DNA of 64,000 nt from a virus (Duplodnaviria; Caudoviricetes), in IMG/VR virus record IMGVR_UViG_3300034374_009547. One strand, 5' to 3'. Positions within the stretch are counted from its first letter, which is position 1; each line of letters begins with the position of its first letter. The notes beneath the pieces are model-generated. The model had not been told where the DNA came from. It saw only the letters and a program-made list of their open reading frames with translations, and searched no databases. Positions 19,376 through 28,634 of this stretch are shown here, one piece after another. The position numbers were made by a program, and so were the translations under genes.

Positions 19376-20517
19376 AGATATCTCTCAAAATAAGGATGAA
19401 CATCAAGTAAATGTGTATTTCTACTTTTGTCTAGTAATTGGTTTGTTTCAAGTAATCTTGTAAAGTTGCATTTATCACTAGTACAAGACGCTTTTAATAA
19501 TTTTACAATTTTACTTATGTTACGTTTTTTATGATCATTTAACAAACTATCTAACGGTATGCTTTTATCTATTTCTTGAAGTTTATATATTTGGTGTCCA
19601 GCATGTTGATGACTCCACTGCGAAATATCTAAGTATGCAGGATGTATAATTTTATCAAATGTAAAATGCCAATTAGGAAAATTGTCTAACATAAACTGCA
19701 CAATTTCATCTAGGTTATACAAATTTAATACATTAATACAACAATGTATATTACACCACATGTAATGGTGCTGTTGACGTAGTTCTTCAAACTTATGCAT
19801 AGTATCTTGTATTGTGTTAAAGTTGCTATCTGTTCTAAAATAATCGCTTCTATCAAATATGTCATCAAGGCTTACAATTATGTGTAAACTTTTTGCACGT
19901 TTCCATAATTCTACAATTTCGTCGTCTGGCCATATACTACCGTTTGTAACATATTCTAAATTTATATTTTCAATGTCTATACTTTGTAATAATTTTTTAT
20001 GTTGTTTACTAAGCAGAGGTTCGCCTCCAAGCATTTTTATGTGTTCTAAGTTTACAAGTTTATCTAATTCTAAACTTTCTACATCTGGTTCAAGCAGTAA
20101 TCGTTCTGGTACAGGATTACCCAGCATTATATCATCTTCTTTCCAACGACTACTATTAAAAGTATTGCAATGTCTACATTTGTAATTGCAATGATTACTA
20201 AATGCAATTTCTAAACTATGTATTTTTTCATATGTTGAATAATTTTCTAATAAAGAAAAGTCACGTTCTTTATTATACTGAACACGCATACTTAAAATGT
20301 TGTTTTCTTCCTGCATCCAACATTTACTACAACGTTTGTGTTTATTACCATTACGTAAACTATTTCTTAGTTCTTCAAGTTCTTCATTTTGGAATATATT
20401 TTTTATTTTATCATCAAAATTAACATTCCATTTGTTCTGCTTGAATCTACAGCAAGGTAAAACTTTGCCTACAGGAGTAATTGCTAAGTGTGTTTCGCTT
20501 AACCAACATCTACTCAA
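19372..20517 (-). CDS. N-terminal Twitch radical SAM protein, tandem paralogue of 18302
   Basis: RCWLSETH..PCC..RCSKCW; FSNHCNYKCRHC; LGGEPLL; LDKSRNTHLLDVHP. Confidence 0.9.
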   Translation of the reverse strand: MSRCWLSETHLAITPVGKVLPCCRFKQNKWNVNFDDKIKNIFQNEELEELRNSLRNGNKHKRCSKCWMQEENNILSMRVQYNKERDFSLLENYSTYEKIHSLEIAFSNHCNYKCRHCNTFNSSRWKEDDIMLGNPVPERLLLEPDVESLELDKLVNLEHIKMLGGEPLLSKQHKKLLQSIDIENINLEYVTNGSIWPDDEIVELWKRAKSLHIIVSLDDIFDRSDYFRTDSNFNTIQDTMHKFEELRQQHHYMWCNIHCCINVLNLYNLDEIVQFMLDNFPNWHFTFDKIIHPAYLDISQWSHQHAGHQIYKLQEIDKSIPLDSLLNDHKKRNISKIVKLLKASCTSDKCNFTRLLETNQLLDKSRNTHLLDVHPYFERYL

Positions 20518-21502
20518 TTTTGTTATATCCTTGACAACTTACACATCGAACAATTTCTTTATCTTTCCATTTTTTTGGTAATATATCTGTATAATATGTA
20601 TTATTAAGAATTTCTTGTAATTTATTTTTGTTAATAGAATTAAATTTCCATAAATCTGTAAGTCTTTCTTTGCGTTCCATATTACCAAAGATATCTAATG
20701 TAAAGTAACAGCAAGGATATATTCTTCCATACATGTCTATTTGTACTCTATTATCTTGTGCCCACGGACAAACACTTTTGCTTTTTATAAAATCTACTTG
20801 TACGTCAGGTTGAAAGTTAAAACGATCTGACAAATCTTTAACAACATTTTTTTCTGGTGCAGTTATAGTTTGTGCAGGAAAATCTTTATATAGTTTCATT
20901 TCAATTGTTTTTGAAATACTACGATTTAATTTAAATTCTTTAAAACCATATTCTTTTGCTAGTTTTGCTGCCTGCTCTACTTGATCTATATTATGATCAA
21001 AAACAATGTAACGCCATACAGCATACCCGCCGGCATCAATAAAACTTTTTGCATTGCTAATTACATTATTAAAATTTACACCTCTGCGATATTGCGGTGC
21101 AGTATCCTCTAAACCATCTACTCCAAAAGTTATATTGTGCAAAGCAAACTTGTTTAAAACTTTGCTAAGTTGTTTATAAAATTCTGGAGTTCTCGCACCG
21201 CCATTAGTGTGTATACTTACAAACATTTTATCTTTAACTTGTGCTAAGTGTTCTAAAAATTCTAGCAATAATGGATGCATTGTTGCATCACCGTAATTTC
21301 CATTAAAAATAATTTGTTTAATATTTCTTAAATTATCTTCTGTAGCTAGTTTAAACCATGTAGCTGGTTGCATATGATGTAGTTCCAACCGTGGATGATT
21401 TTCGCCACCTTGAACATTTCTACTGCATTCGCCGCAAAAGCTGTTGCAATAGCTAGTAACATCAATAGCCAAAGATGTTGTTGTTTCAAAAGAAAAACTC
21501 AT
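20510..21502 (-). CDS. Radical SAM protein with C-terminal Twitch-like Cys cluster
   Basis: DVTSYCNSFCGECSR; FNGNYGD; HTNGG; DGLEDT..YR; C-terminal CPW..GRIYPCC..CVSC. Confidence 0.88.
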   Translation of the reverse strand: MSFSFETTTSLAIDVTSYCNSFCGECSRNVQGGENHPRLELHHMQPATWFKLATEDNLRNIKQIIFNGNYGDATMHPLLLEFLEHLAQVKDKMFVSIHTNGGARTPEFYKQLSKVLNKFALHNITFGVDGLEDTAPQYRRGVNFNNVISNAKSFIDAGGYAVWRYIVFDHNIDQVEQAAKLAKEYGFKEFKLNRSISKTIEMKLYKDFPAQTITAPEKNVVKDLSDRFNFQPDVQVDFIKSKSVCPWAQDNRVQIDMYGRIYPCCYFTLDIFGNMERKERLTDLWKFNSINKNKLQEILNNTYYTDILPKKWKDKEIVRCVSCQGYNKIE

Positions 21503-22815
21503 AGATATTTTCCAAGACTTGGCACTACTTCTATTATACTTTCGTTTCTAATTTTGTCAAGTGAGTAGGTATAATTTAAAAATTCATCCCATTGTTCATT
21601 ATACGACTCGCTATTCATATAATTACAAACACCATTTTTAACACTCTCTGCAGCAATAACATATTTCCTATCATAATTTTTTTCTGCAACCCAAAGAACA
21701 AAATCTTCAAATTTTTGTGTTATTTCTTGTTTGTATTCGTCTGGTAATACTCTTATGTTCAAATGGGGAGGGTTGTGTGCTACATGATATGTAATAATAG
21801 GCTTAATAGCACTACTATTAATTTTTACAAAATTACTTTTTTCTAATTTCCATTTCATAAAATCAATCATATGTTCTACATTATATGCAGTAACGGTAAA
21901 CGCTATCCATGCTTTAATATTTTTTGGAAGTTCGTCAATGGTTTTTAAATTTTTTAAAACTTTTGTCCATTTTACTGGATGCCTTTGATATTCTAATACA
22001 GAACCCATGCCGTCGATACTAACACCTAATCTAACTTCCTTAAATTGTGTCCATAGTTTTACAACTCTAGGTGGCAAGGTTGTTCCATTAGTATTATATT
22101 CTAACATAATTTTTTCTGCGTAGCCGCTATCAATACATTTTTGTAAAAATTCGTAATGACGCTCAATCAACATTGGTTCGCCACCTGCAAAATAAACATG
22201 CTCCATGTATTCAATGTTGTTTTCTAGTTGTGTCCAAAACATTTCGCTACTTGGCCAATCAAAATCAGCAGCGCAAAGTTTGCCATTTACTTCTTCTATA
22301 GTAATTTCGCCGCTAGTATCTCTAAAAGTATTTTTTCCAGTTAATTTAAGCCAATCTTCAAACCATGCATTACTATCACTAGGTCCGCACATTCTACATT
22401 TCAAATTACAAAAGTTGCCAAAACGTAAATCATAGTAACGTGTAGGAGATTTATTTACATCAATACTTCCATCTGGTTTTGTACTTTTAAGTGCGTCTAC
22501 GATACTAAATTTCCACTGAACACGTTCGTATTGTCTTCTACTTGTAAGTTTATTTTCTTCTTCTTGCCTACATCTGCCACACTCATCGCTCCATTTACTG
22601 CTTAACATGTTCTTGCGTATGTCTTTCATTAATTGAGCATTACGTGCTTCGCTTAGGTCGTCTACGCCGGCATTGTAAGCTGTGCCGTCTTCTTTCCGTA
22701 CAACACCTCTATTTTTTGTTACATTTGCTTGACAACAAACACGTATATCACCGTTGCTGCGCACAGCTTGAAATATCCAAGGTATAGGGCAAAATGTTTT
22801 TTCACCTTTTATCAT
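21499..22815 (-). CDS. N-terminal Twitch radical SAM protein
   Basis: FCPIPW..RVCC..CGRC; FGNFCNLKCRMC; FAGGEPM; YNTNGT; LDKIRNESIIEVVP. Confidence 0.92.
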   Translation of the reverse strand: MIKGEKTFCPIPWIFQAVRSNGDIRVCCQANVTKNRGVVRKEDGTAYNAGVDDLSEARNAQLMKDIRKNMLSSKWSDECGRCRQEEENKLTSRRQYERVQWKFSIVDALKSTKPDGSIDVNKSPTRYYDLRFGNFCNLKCRMCGPSDSNAWFEDWLKLTGKNTFRDTSGEITIEEVNGKLCAADFDWPSSEMFWTQLENNIEYMEHVYFAGGEPMLIERHYEFLQKCIDSGYAEKIMLEYNTNGTTLPPRVVKLWTQFKEVRLGVSIDGMGSVLEYQRHPVKWTKVLKNLKTIDELPKNIKAWIAFTVTAYNVEHMIDFMKWKLEKSNFVKINSSAIKPIITYHVAHNPPHLNIRVLPDEYKQEITQKFEDFVLWVAEKNYDRKYVIAAESVKNGVCNYMNSESYNEQWDEFLNYTYSLDKIRNESIIEVVPSLGKYL

Positions 22816-23963
22816 TAAAATATCTCCGGTACAATATACGGTTCAATCATATTCCATAGTTCTGTATTGTGTGTAAGCCAATGTTCTTTTCTTATCTTAT
22901 TAAATTCAGCATCATTGCGCACAAACATGCCAAAATCACCGGGCTGTTCCAATTCATTTAACAACTTTTTCCATATACTTAAATTTCTATATTCATACTT
23001 TTGTTGTTGCATAGTAATTATATCATAAATTTTTGGTTTTACTTTATCTGGTAAATTTTTTACAGCCATCCAAGTAGGACCGTCTAGCATGTCTATTTTT
23101 AAATCTGCTTCTACACTATCTGCATAATCAATTAATTTATCAAGCACATTAACATTATAAAAACTACACACACTATCTATGCCAAATGGCTTATCAATTT
23201 TACTTACTAAGTTTTCTTTATACCAAAGAAGATTAGAATTTACATTTTTCCATACACTATCTTTACGTAAAAATTCATTTAATGAACCATATGCATCAAT
23301 ACTTAAATGTAAACTTACATTTTCACATTGTAGTAACAAATCTAAAAGTTCTTTATTAGGAACTAAACTACCATTTGTAACTAATAAAATACCTAATTTA
23401 GGAAGATTACATTTCTTAAGTATTTTTATAAATTGTTCTTGCTCCATCAAAGGCTCGCCGCCGATTAGTTTTATGAAACGTAAATCGGTTAAATCATAAT
23501 TTTCAATAATACTATTTTTTGCTACAACACCTCTTGGTATTTGATATCCTAATTTTTTAGCATCACTATACCAATGTGTGCTGAGATCAGGACCGCACAT
23601 TCTACATTTGTTGTTGCATTTGTTACTAAATGCTAAATCTATGTTTGTAAGTTTTTCCGTATTACCACGTTCAGGAGGAAATGGTAATCCAAATTCCCAA
23701 CTTTGATTCATACGTGTACGCATACTGCTACCACTTAATTCTTCATCTTTGTAACAGCCTACACATCCATCTACATAAGCGTCTTCACGCATTTGTTGTC
23801 TTATATATTTTAGGTAAGGATGATTAAATGGATCTGGATGACTAATGTTTAAATCTTTAGGAACAACTTCTTGCCTAAAATAACAACACGGAAATATTTG
23901 TCCATCAGGACGTATTGCCATATGATGAAATGGCAAATCACATCCATGTTTACGAAGCGTCAT
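22815..23963 (-). CDS. N-terminal Twitch radical SAM protein
   Basis: GCDLPF..PCC..GCVGC; FSNKCNNKCRMC; LIGGEPL. Start placed at ATG 23963. Confidence 0.9.
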   Translation of the reverse strand: MTLRKHGCDLPFHHMAIRPDGQIFPCCYFRQEVVPKDLNISHPDPFNHPYLKYIRQQMREDAYVDGCVGCYKDEELSGSSMRTRMNQSWEFGLPFPPERGNTEKLTNIDLAFSNKCNNKCRMCGPDLSTHWYSDAKKLGYQIPRGVVAKNSIIENYDLTDLRFIKLIGGEPLMEQEQFIKILKKCNLPKLGILLVTNGSLVPNKELLDLLLQCENVSLHLSIDAYGSLNEFLRKDSVWKNVNSNLLWYKENLVSKIDKPFGIDSVCSFYNVNVLDKLIDYADSVEADLKIDMLDGPTWMAVKNLPDKVKPKIYDIITMQQQKYEYRNLSIWKKLLNELEQPGDFGMFVRNDAEFNKIRKEHWLTHNTELWNMIEPYIVPEIF

Positions 23964-24510
23964 ACCAAATCTCCGGTTGCATAGGATCAATACTAAGTTC
24001 ATTTATATTCAAATGTTTAGGTTGATCAACTATCCATTTAATGTATTCAGCAGCAACATCAATATCCATACACTTTCTGTCAGGGTGCTTTTCTTGATTA
24101 TTACTAAGTGTACCAAAACTAATGTAAGTTACTTTTGGACCACTTGCCCAAACACCAGTTAACCCTAATGTATTTGAATAATCACGCAACGCTTTCTTTT
24201 CCGCATTGTACAACCACGCTCCGCCTTTTTTTACACGATCAGTTGTACTACCAATATTAATAATATGACAATTATGTTTTTCTAAAATGCATTTTTTGTA
24301 AACAATATCTAATAAACTTGTTTGTGTAAATCTAAATAATGCACTACAATTAACAAAAACATCATGACGTAACACAGCTTCAGCACAACGTTCCATGTCA
24401 AGTTTTTTACCAAAGTCGTAACCTGTATCTCTACTAATAAATTCAGCGTCTGGATATAGTTTAGCAAGTGCTCCTGCTACTCCTACGTCTTTATTACCTG
24501 TTATAATCAT
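23950..24510 (-). CDS. Short-chain dehydrogenase/reductase-like protein (compact)
   Basis: IITG Rossmann start, FVNCSA, INIGS, catalytic YNAEK (YxxxK). Confidence 0.8.
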   Translation of the reverse strand: MIITGNKDVGVAGALAKLYPDAEFISRDTGYDFGKKLDMERCAEAVLRHDVFVNCSALFRFTQTSLLDIVYKKCILEKHNCHIINIGSTTDRVKKGGAWLYNAEKKALRDYSNTLGLTGVWASGPKVTYISFGTLSNNQEKHPDRKCMDIDVAAEYIKWIVDQPKHLNINELSIDPMQPEIWYDAS

Positions 24511-25648
24511 TCATTACCCCTAACTCAATATGATTGCCTAGTACATCAAAAAATCTATCTTGTTGCATACTTTTTGGCGCACACAATCCGCAGCCACAAG
24601 TTTGTTTAGGACAAACAATTGTAGGCAATGAGTTGCTTTCCATTTGTTTTTTTAAGTCAGCAATTAATTTTTTTCCTTCACTGATACGTCCTATAGATCC
24701 ACGCTTACCGTCAAAACGTGCTTGACATGTTTGATGATGATATATTTGATCTGTTTGTTGTTCTAAATGCAAAAAGAACCAGTTCACACTGCAATTCCAA
24801 CCTTTGAATTCTCTAAAGTCTACAAAGTTGCTTTTGCGTGACTCACTGCCGTTGTGTAACAACATGTCTCTACTGCCACAACAGGGTCTTCCAATGCTGT
24901 TGCCCAATTTTTTTGCATTTTTTACCACATCACCAGCAGCACTATTAGCATATGTTGCATCATTTTTTTGTTTCCAGTAGTTTTTCATCCATGCTAATTG
25001 TTCTTCGCTATACTTATGTGCAAATGTAGGTTTACTATCTGGCTCTTCACCTATTACTCTTGGTACAAAATCAACATTATGCTTCTGTAAAAACTCAACA
25101 AGTTCAACACATTCATCAAAATATTCAGCATGAAACATAACATTTACACTACAAGTAAAGTCGAGCATATCTCCTTGATAATGAAATTGTAAAATTCTAT
25201 CTTTAACTTGTTCTTTGAGCTTATCATCGCTTTCTGCATGATAACTTACCGTTGCATGACCAAAATTGTTCATTACAGCATAACCCATTTTTTCACTCAT
25301 AGCACCATTTGTTGTCAGTGCAAATCCAGCTTCCCATTTATCTGAGTATTTCTTTTCGTATGTATCTCGTAAATATTGCGCAAATGGTATAAAATTAGGA
25401 TTAACCGTTGGTTCGCCTCCTGTAAATCCAAAATTTGCTTCTTTAAAATTCCTATACGTCATATACAAGTCAACATATTCAAACAAAAAGTCAACATTGT
25501 TTTTTAATTCTTCTAAAGTTGCATGTTTGCTAAAATTATCGTGTCTATGCGCTGGACAATATGTGCAATCATAATTGCATCTACGTCCAGTATCCCATGT
25601 AACTTGAAAAACTTTGCCTGTTAACAGGTCAATTGTATCAAAACTCAT
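24494..25648 (-). CDS. Radical SAM protein, MoaA/viperin-like, related to 5184
   Basis: TWDTGRRCNYDCTYC; FTGGEPT; LTTNG; SYH; C-terminal WNC..TC..CPKQTCGCGLC. Confidence 0.9.
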   Translation of the reverse strand: MSFDTIDLLTGKVFQVTWDTGRRCNYDCTYCPAHRHDNFSKHATLEELKNNVDFLFEYVDLYMTYRNFKEANFGFTGGEPTVNPNFIPFAQYLRDTYEKKYSDKWEAGFALTTNGAMSEKMGYAVMNNFGHATVSYHAESDDKLKEQVKDRILQFHYQGDMLDFTCSVNVMFHAEYFDECVELVEFLQKHNVDFVPRVIGEEPDSKPTFAHKYSEEQLAWMKNYWKQKNDATYANSAAGDVVKNAKKLGNSIGRPCCGSRDMLLHNGSESRKSNFVDFREFKGWNCSVNWFFLHLEQQTDQIYHHQTCQARFDGKRGSIGRISEGKKLIADLKKQMESNSLPTIVCPKQTCGCGLCAPKSMQQDRFFDVLGNHIELGVMNDYNR

Positions 25649-26462
25649 TTATTTCCTTAATTGTTTCTACAACTTTTCTTTCTGCCCATGCTCTTTCCTC
25701 GCACCACCAACATTGTGTACAAATAGGAATAGTCATTCCTTCTTTATAATCCTTAAAATGGCTACATGCCTCTTTAACATTGTCATGATGATTGATATCT
25801 CCTTCACAACTTCTTGTAAGTCTGTATAAATCACCAATATTAAAAATGTAGTATTGAGCAACTATCCAATCTTTTTTTACAAATCTAAAAGGATGCACAA
25901 ATATACTTTCGGCCTTTTTACTTTGCATCCATAAATCAGTAATGTTTCCGTCTTCGGCATCTTTATCTCTATTTGTCATACGATCTTCACGTAAATCATC
26001 AGGATTTTTACTAGTAGCATTGTATACAGCATCTAAGTTATACTGCCATGCAGCAAACTTATTGTAACTTCCTACAATAATTTGATCACCACTACGTCCG
26101 TCAACAATTGGTCCTATAACTCCATGCTCTAATTCGGGTGGAATATAACATAAATGTCTTTCTTGTATAATATTAGGAAATCTATTTGCTAACCATGTGT
26201 AAACTTGATGTGCTATGTATCCTTGCCAAGGTCTAGTTTCCCAACAACGTTGATATGTAATAATATCAATTTTTGTATCAAGTTCGTTAGTATCAATAAT
26301 TGTGCATAACAAAAAGGTAAGCAATGCACTATCAGCACCACCACTTAGATTGACGCCAATTTTATTCCAATTTTTATCAAAAGGAATAATTAAATTTGAA
26401 AATTCAGATAATAAAATATCTTTAGGCACATTTTGATACATGCTATTGTTAACTTTAAACAT
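25638..26462 (-). CDS. QueC-like PP-loop (adenine nucleotide alpha-hydrolase) enzyme
   Basis: VNLSGGADS PP-loop; C-terminal LTRSCE..CTQCWWCEER, like the QueC Zn motif. Confidence 0.65.
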   Translation of the reverse strand: MFKVNNSMYQNVPKDILLSEFSNLIIPFDKNWNKIGVNLSGGADSALLTFLLCTIIDTNELDTKIDIITYQRCWETRPWQGYIAHQVYTWLANRFPNIIQERHLCYIPPELEHGVIGPIVDGRSGDQIIVGSYNKFAAWQYNLDAVYNATSKNPDDLREDRMTNRDKDAEDGNITDLWMQSKKAESIFVHPFRFVKKDWIVAQYYIFNIGDLYRLTRSCEGDINHHDNVKEACSHFKDYKEGMTIPICTQCWWCEERAWAERKVVETIKEINEF

Positions 26463-27783
26463 TTGCTACAATATCTCCATTTAAAAATTTATAATTTTCA
26501 AAATAATTATTAAAATCTTGTTTCCATATCACGTCAGTTTTTTCTATATACTTACAAAAACTTTTCCAATGACTACGTTTAGCCGAATAATTGAGAATAT
26601 ACTTACGTATATCTTCTAATGCACGAATAGCACTTAATATATCTTGCCATACGTGTATATTTAAAACATCATCCCAATAATATGATTCTAACTTTTTAGT
26701 ATTTTCTAAATCTAATTCTCTCTGCTTTTGCAAATCAAAAATTGAATTACGTGTATTTTCAATGTCATTTAGAACTTTACTTCTAAATTTTAGCATCATA
26801 ACAGCAGGATTAAGATAGAAGGGTGTGTATATAATACTTGCATCTATAAAATTACAATTTAAATCCAAGAAATTTAAAAAAGCATCTTTTATTTCCATTA
26901 ATTGATATGTACCTGTAGTACACACAACATTCATTTCTGTGTGTCCTTGATTGACTTCTCTAAATTTATCAATATTGCGTTTTAATACGTCCCAATCACC
27001 GTCTCTAAAATACGAATAGATACGTGGCCCTGCATCAATACTCATCATAATATGTGCATATCCAAACTTTCTCAAAGCATCACTTAATTTTACAGGATCA
27101 AAATCAGCATTAAAGTTACTATGAAAAATAATTTTAATATTTTTTGCATTAGGGTGTTGAGCTAATCTTTCTAATGTTGGAAAAAATTGTTTTTGATACA
27201 ATACTTCGCCGCCTGCAAAATCAACACGTTCTAAATTAGGAAAATTAGCATTCAAGTCATCGACAATTTCTAACGCTCTAGGCAAAGATAGTTGCATAGT
27301 CAGATCATCATTTGTATCTTGTCTATGCATCTTACCGGCTAATTGTAATAAATCATATTTTTCAACTTCTTCGTCAGGTGTATATCTTTTGAGTTTACTT
27401 AACCAGCCACTGCTAAACACTTGACTGCAATGCAAACAAGCCATATTACAACTATGACTGAAACGTATTTCTACGGTTTTTAAACCTTCAAAACTACTTT
27501 CTCCAGTTTCTTTGTTATAAAAAGAAGTGTCAGCATCTAACTGCTGTCTCATACTTTTACCAGCATTTACATGTTCAACATGCTCACACATATCACAGCC
27601 TTTACTCCATTTTCCTGACATCATTTCAAGTCTGTGTTTTTTAAAATACTCGTTATTAAATATTTCAGACGGTAAATAGGCTTCATCCATAATTTGCATT
27701 TTTTCATGCTGTTGTGGACAACTTGTTACAAATCCATTTTTATAATTTAAACCACCTAATGTGTAATAGCAATCGAGACTCAT
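26455..27783 (-). CDS. Radical SAM protein with divergent N-terminal Twitch cluster
   Basis: DCYY..SCPQ..GCDMC; FSHSCNMACLHC; FAGGEVL; HSN. Confidence 0.88.
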   Translation of the reverse strand: MSLDCYYTLGGLNYKNGFVTSCPQQHEKMQIMDEAYLPSEIFNNEYFKKHRLEMMSGKWSKGCDMCEHVEHVNAGKSMRQQLDADTSFYNKETGESSFEGLKTVEIRFSHSCNMACLHCSQVFSSGWLSKLKRYTPDEEVEKYDLLQLAGKMHRQDTNDDLTMQLSLPRALEIVDDLNANFPNLERVDFAGGEVLYQKQFFPTLERLAQHPNAKNIKIIFHSNFNADFDPVKLSDALRKFGYAHIMMSIDAGPRIYSYFRDGDWDVLKRNIDKFREVNQGHTEMNVVCTTGTYQLMEIKDAFLNFLDLNCNFIDASIIYTPFYLNPAVMMLKFRSKVLNDIENTRNSIFDLQKQRELDLENTKKLESYYWDDVLNIHVWQDILSAIRALEDIRKYILNYSAKRSHWKSFCKYIEKTDVIWKQDFNNYFENYKFLNGDIVANV

Positions 27784-28634
27784 AAATTCTCCAATAAAAA
27801 TCCTTCACTATTGTCAATACCCCACTGACGCTCTTGACAAAAGAAACAATCTCCACAAACAGGCGGCATTAAGCCATTCTTAATCCACATGTTACCTAGT
27901 TTTACAACATCTGCTTCGCAACTTCTTGTAAGACTTAATAAGTCATCTAAATCGTAATTTTTGTATTGAGCCATTGTAAAACTTTTTCTTACAAGGCCAA
28001 ACGGATTACAATTATTTAAAGACAATACCCATTCAAGGTTGTCTTTTATTAATTCTTCGTCTCTAAACTTGGGCTGATCTTCAGTGTTTAAAGGTGGATT
28101 CATTGTAGTTCCTGTATACATAAAATCTATTTTGTGTTTTTTCATTAAAAAATGCTCATACTCATTAACACAAATAGTATCACACTTTGAATACTTAGGA
28201 TATATTTTTTCTAAAAAAGGTTTGTTAAGTTGTGAAACATAAACATCTTCTAACTCCGTCGGAACAAATCCCCAATGATGTTCTTCAATTATATCTCCAA
28301 ACTTTTCTTTTAAATAACTTGCTACTTCTTGTGCATTGCGTTCTAACCATGGCTTTGAATTCCAAAATCTTACTGCACTAAAAAAATGTACTTTGGTAGC
28401 AATCTTATTTGTTTTTATATAATCTAACAACATGTATGCTAATATAGCACTATCAGCACCACCACTTAAACTAATAAGTATTTTATCAAAACTGCTATCA
28501 AAATGGATAGGTAATCCGTTGATATAAATCAAGTCAGGATATTTTCTCCTGTACAAAAGTTCATATTTTGCAATTTCTTTTTTATTTTTGTAAAGATTAT
28601 CTAAGTGCTTTAAATAATTTTTATCGTCCATCAA
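27780..28634 (-). CDS. QueC-like PP-loop enzyme, paralogue of 25638
   Basis: ISLSGGADS; LTRSCE..CGDCFFCQER. Confidence 0.65.
   Translation of the reverse strand: MMDDKNYLKHLDNLYKNKKEIAKYELLYRRKYPDLIYINGLPIHFDSSFDKILISLSGGADSAILAYMLLDYIKTNKIATKVHFFSAVRFWNSKPWLERNAQEVASYLKEKFGDIIEEHHWGFVPTELEDVYVSQLNKPFLEKIYPKYSKCDTICVNEYEHFLMKKHKIDFMYTGTTMNPPLNTEDQPKFRDEELIKDNLEWVLSLNNCNPFGLVRKSFTMAQYKNYDLDDLLSLTRSCEADVVKLGNMWIKNGLMPPVCGDCFFCQERQWGIDNSEGFLLENL

Noticed and set aside
24494-28634. Canonical 7-deazaguanine (queC/queE) DNA-modification cluster
   Set aside because: No FolE, QueD or DpdA recognised, and the neighbouring radical SAMs lack QueE-like size and motifs. Gene symbols withheld.
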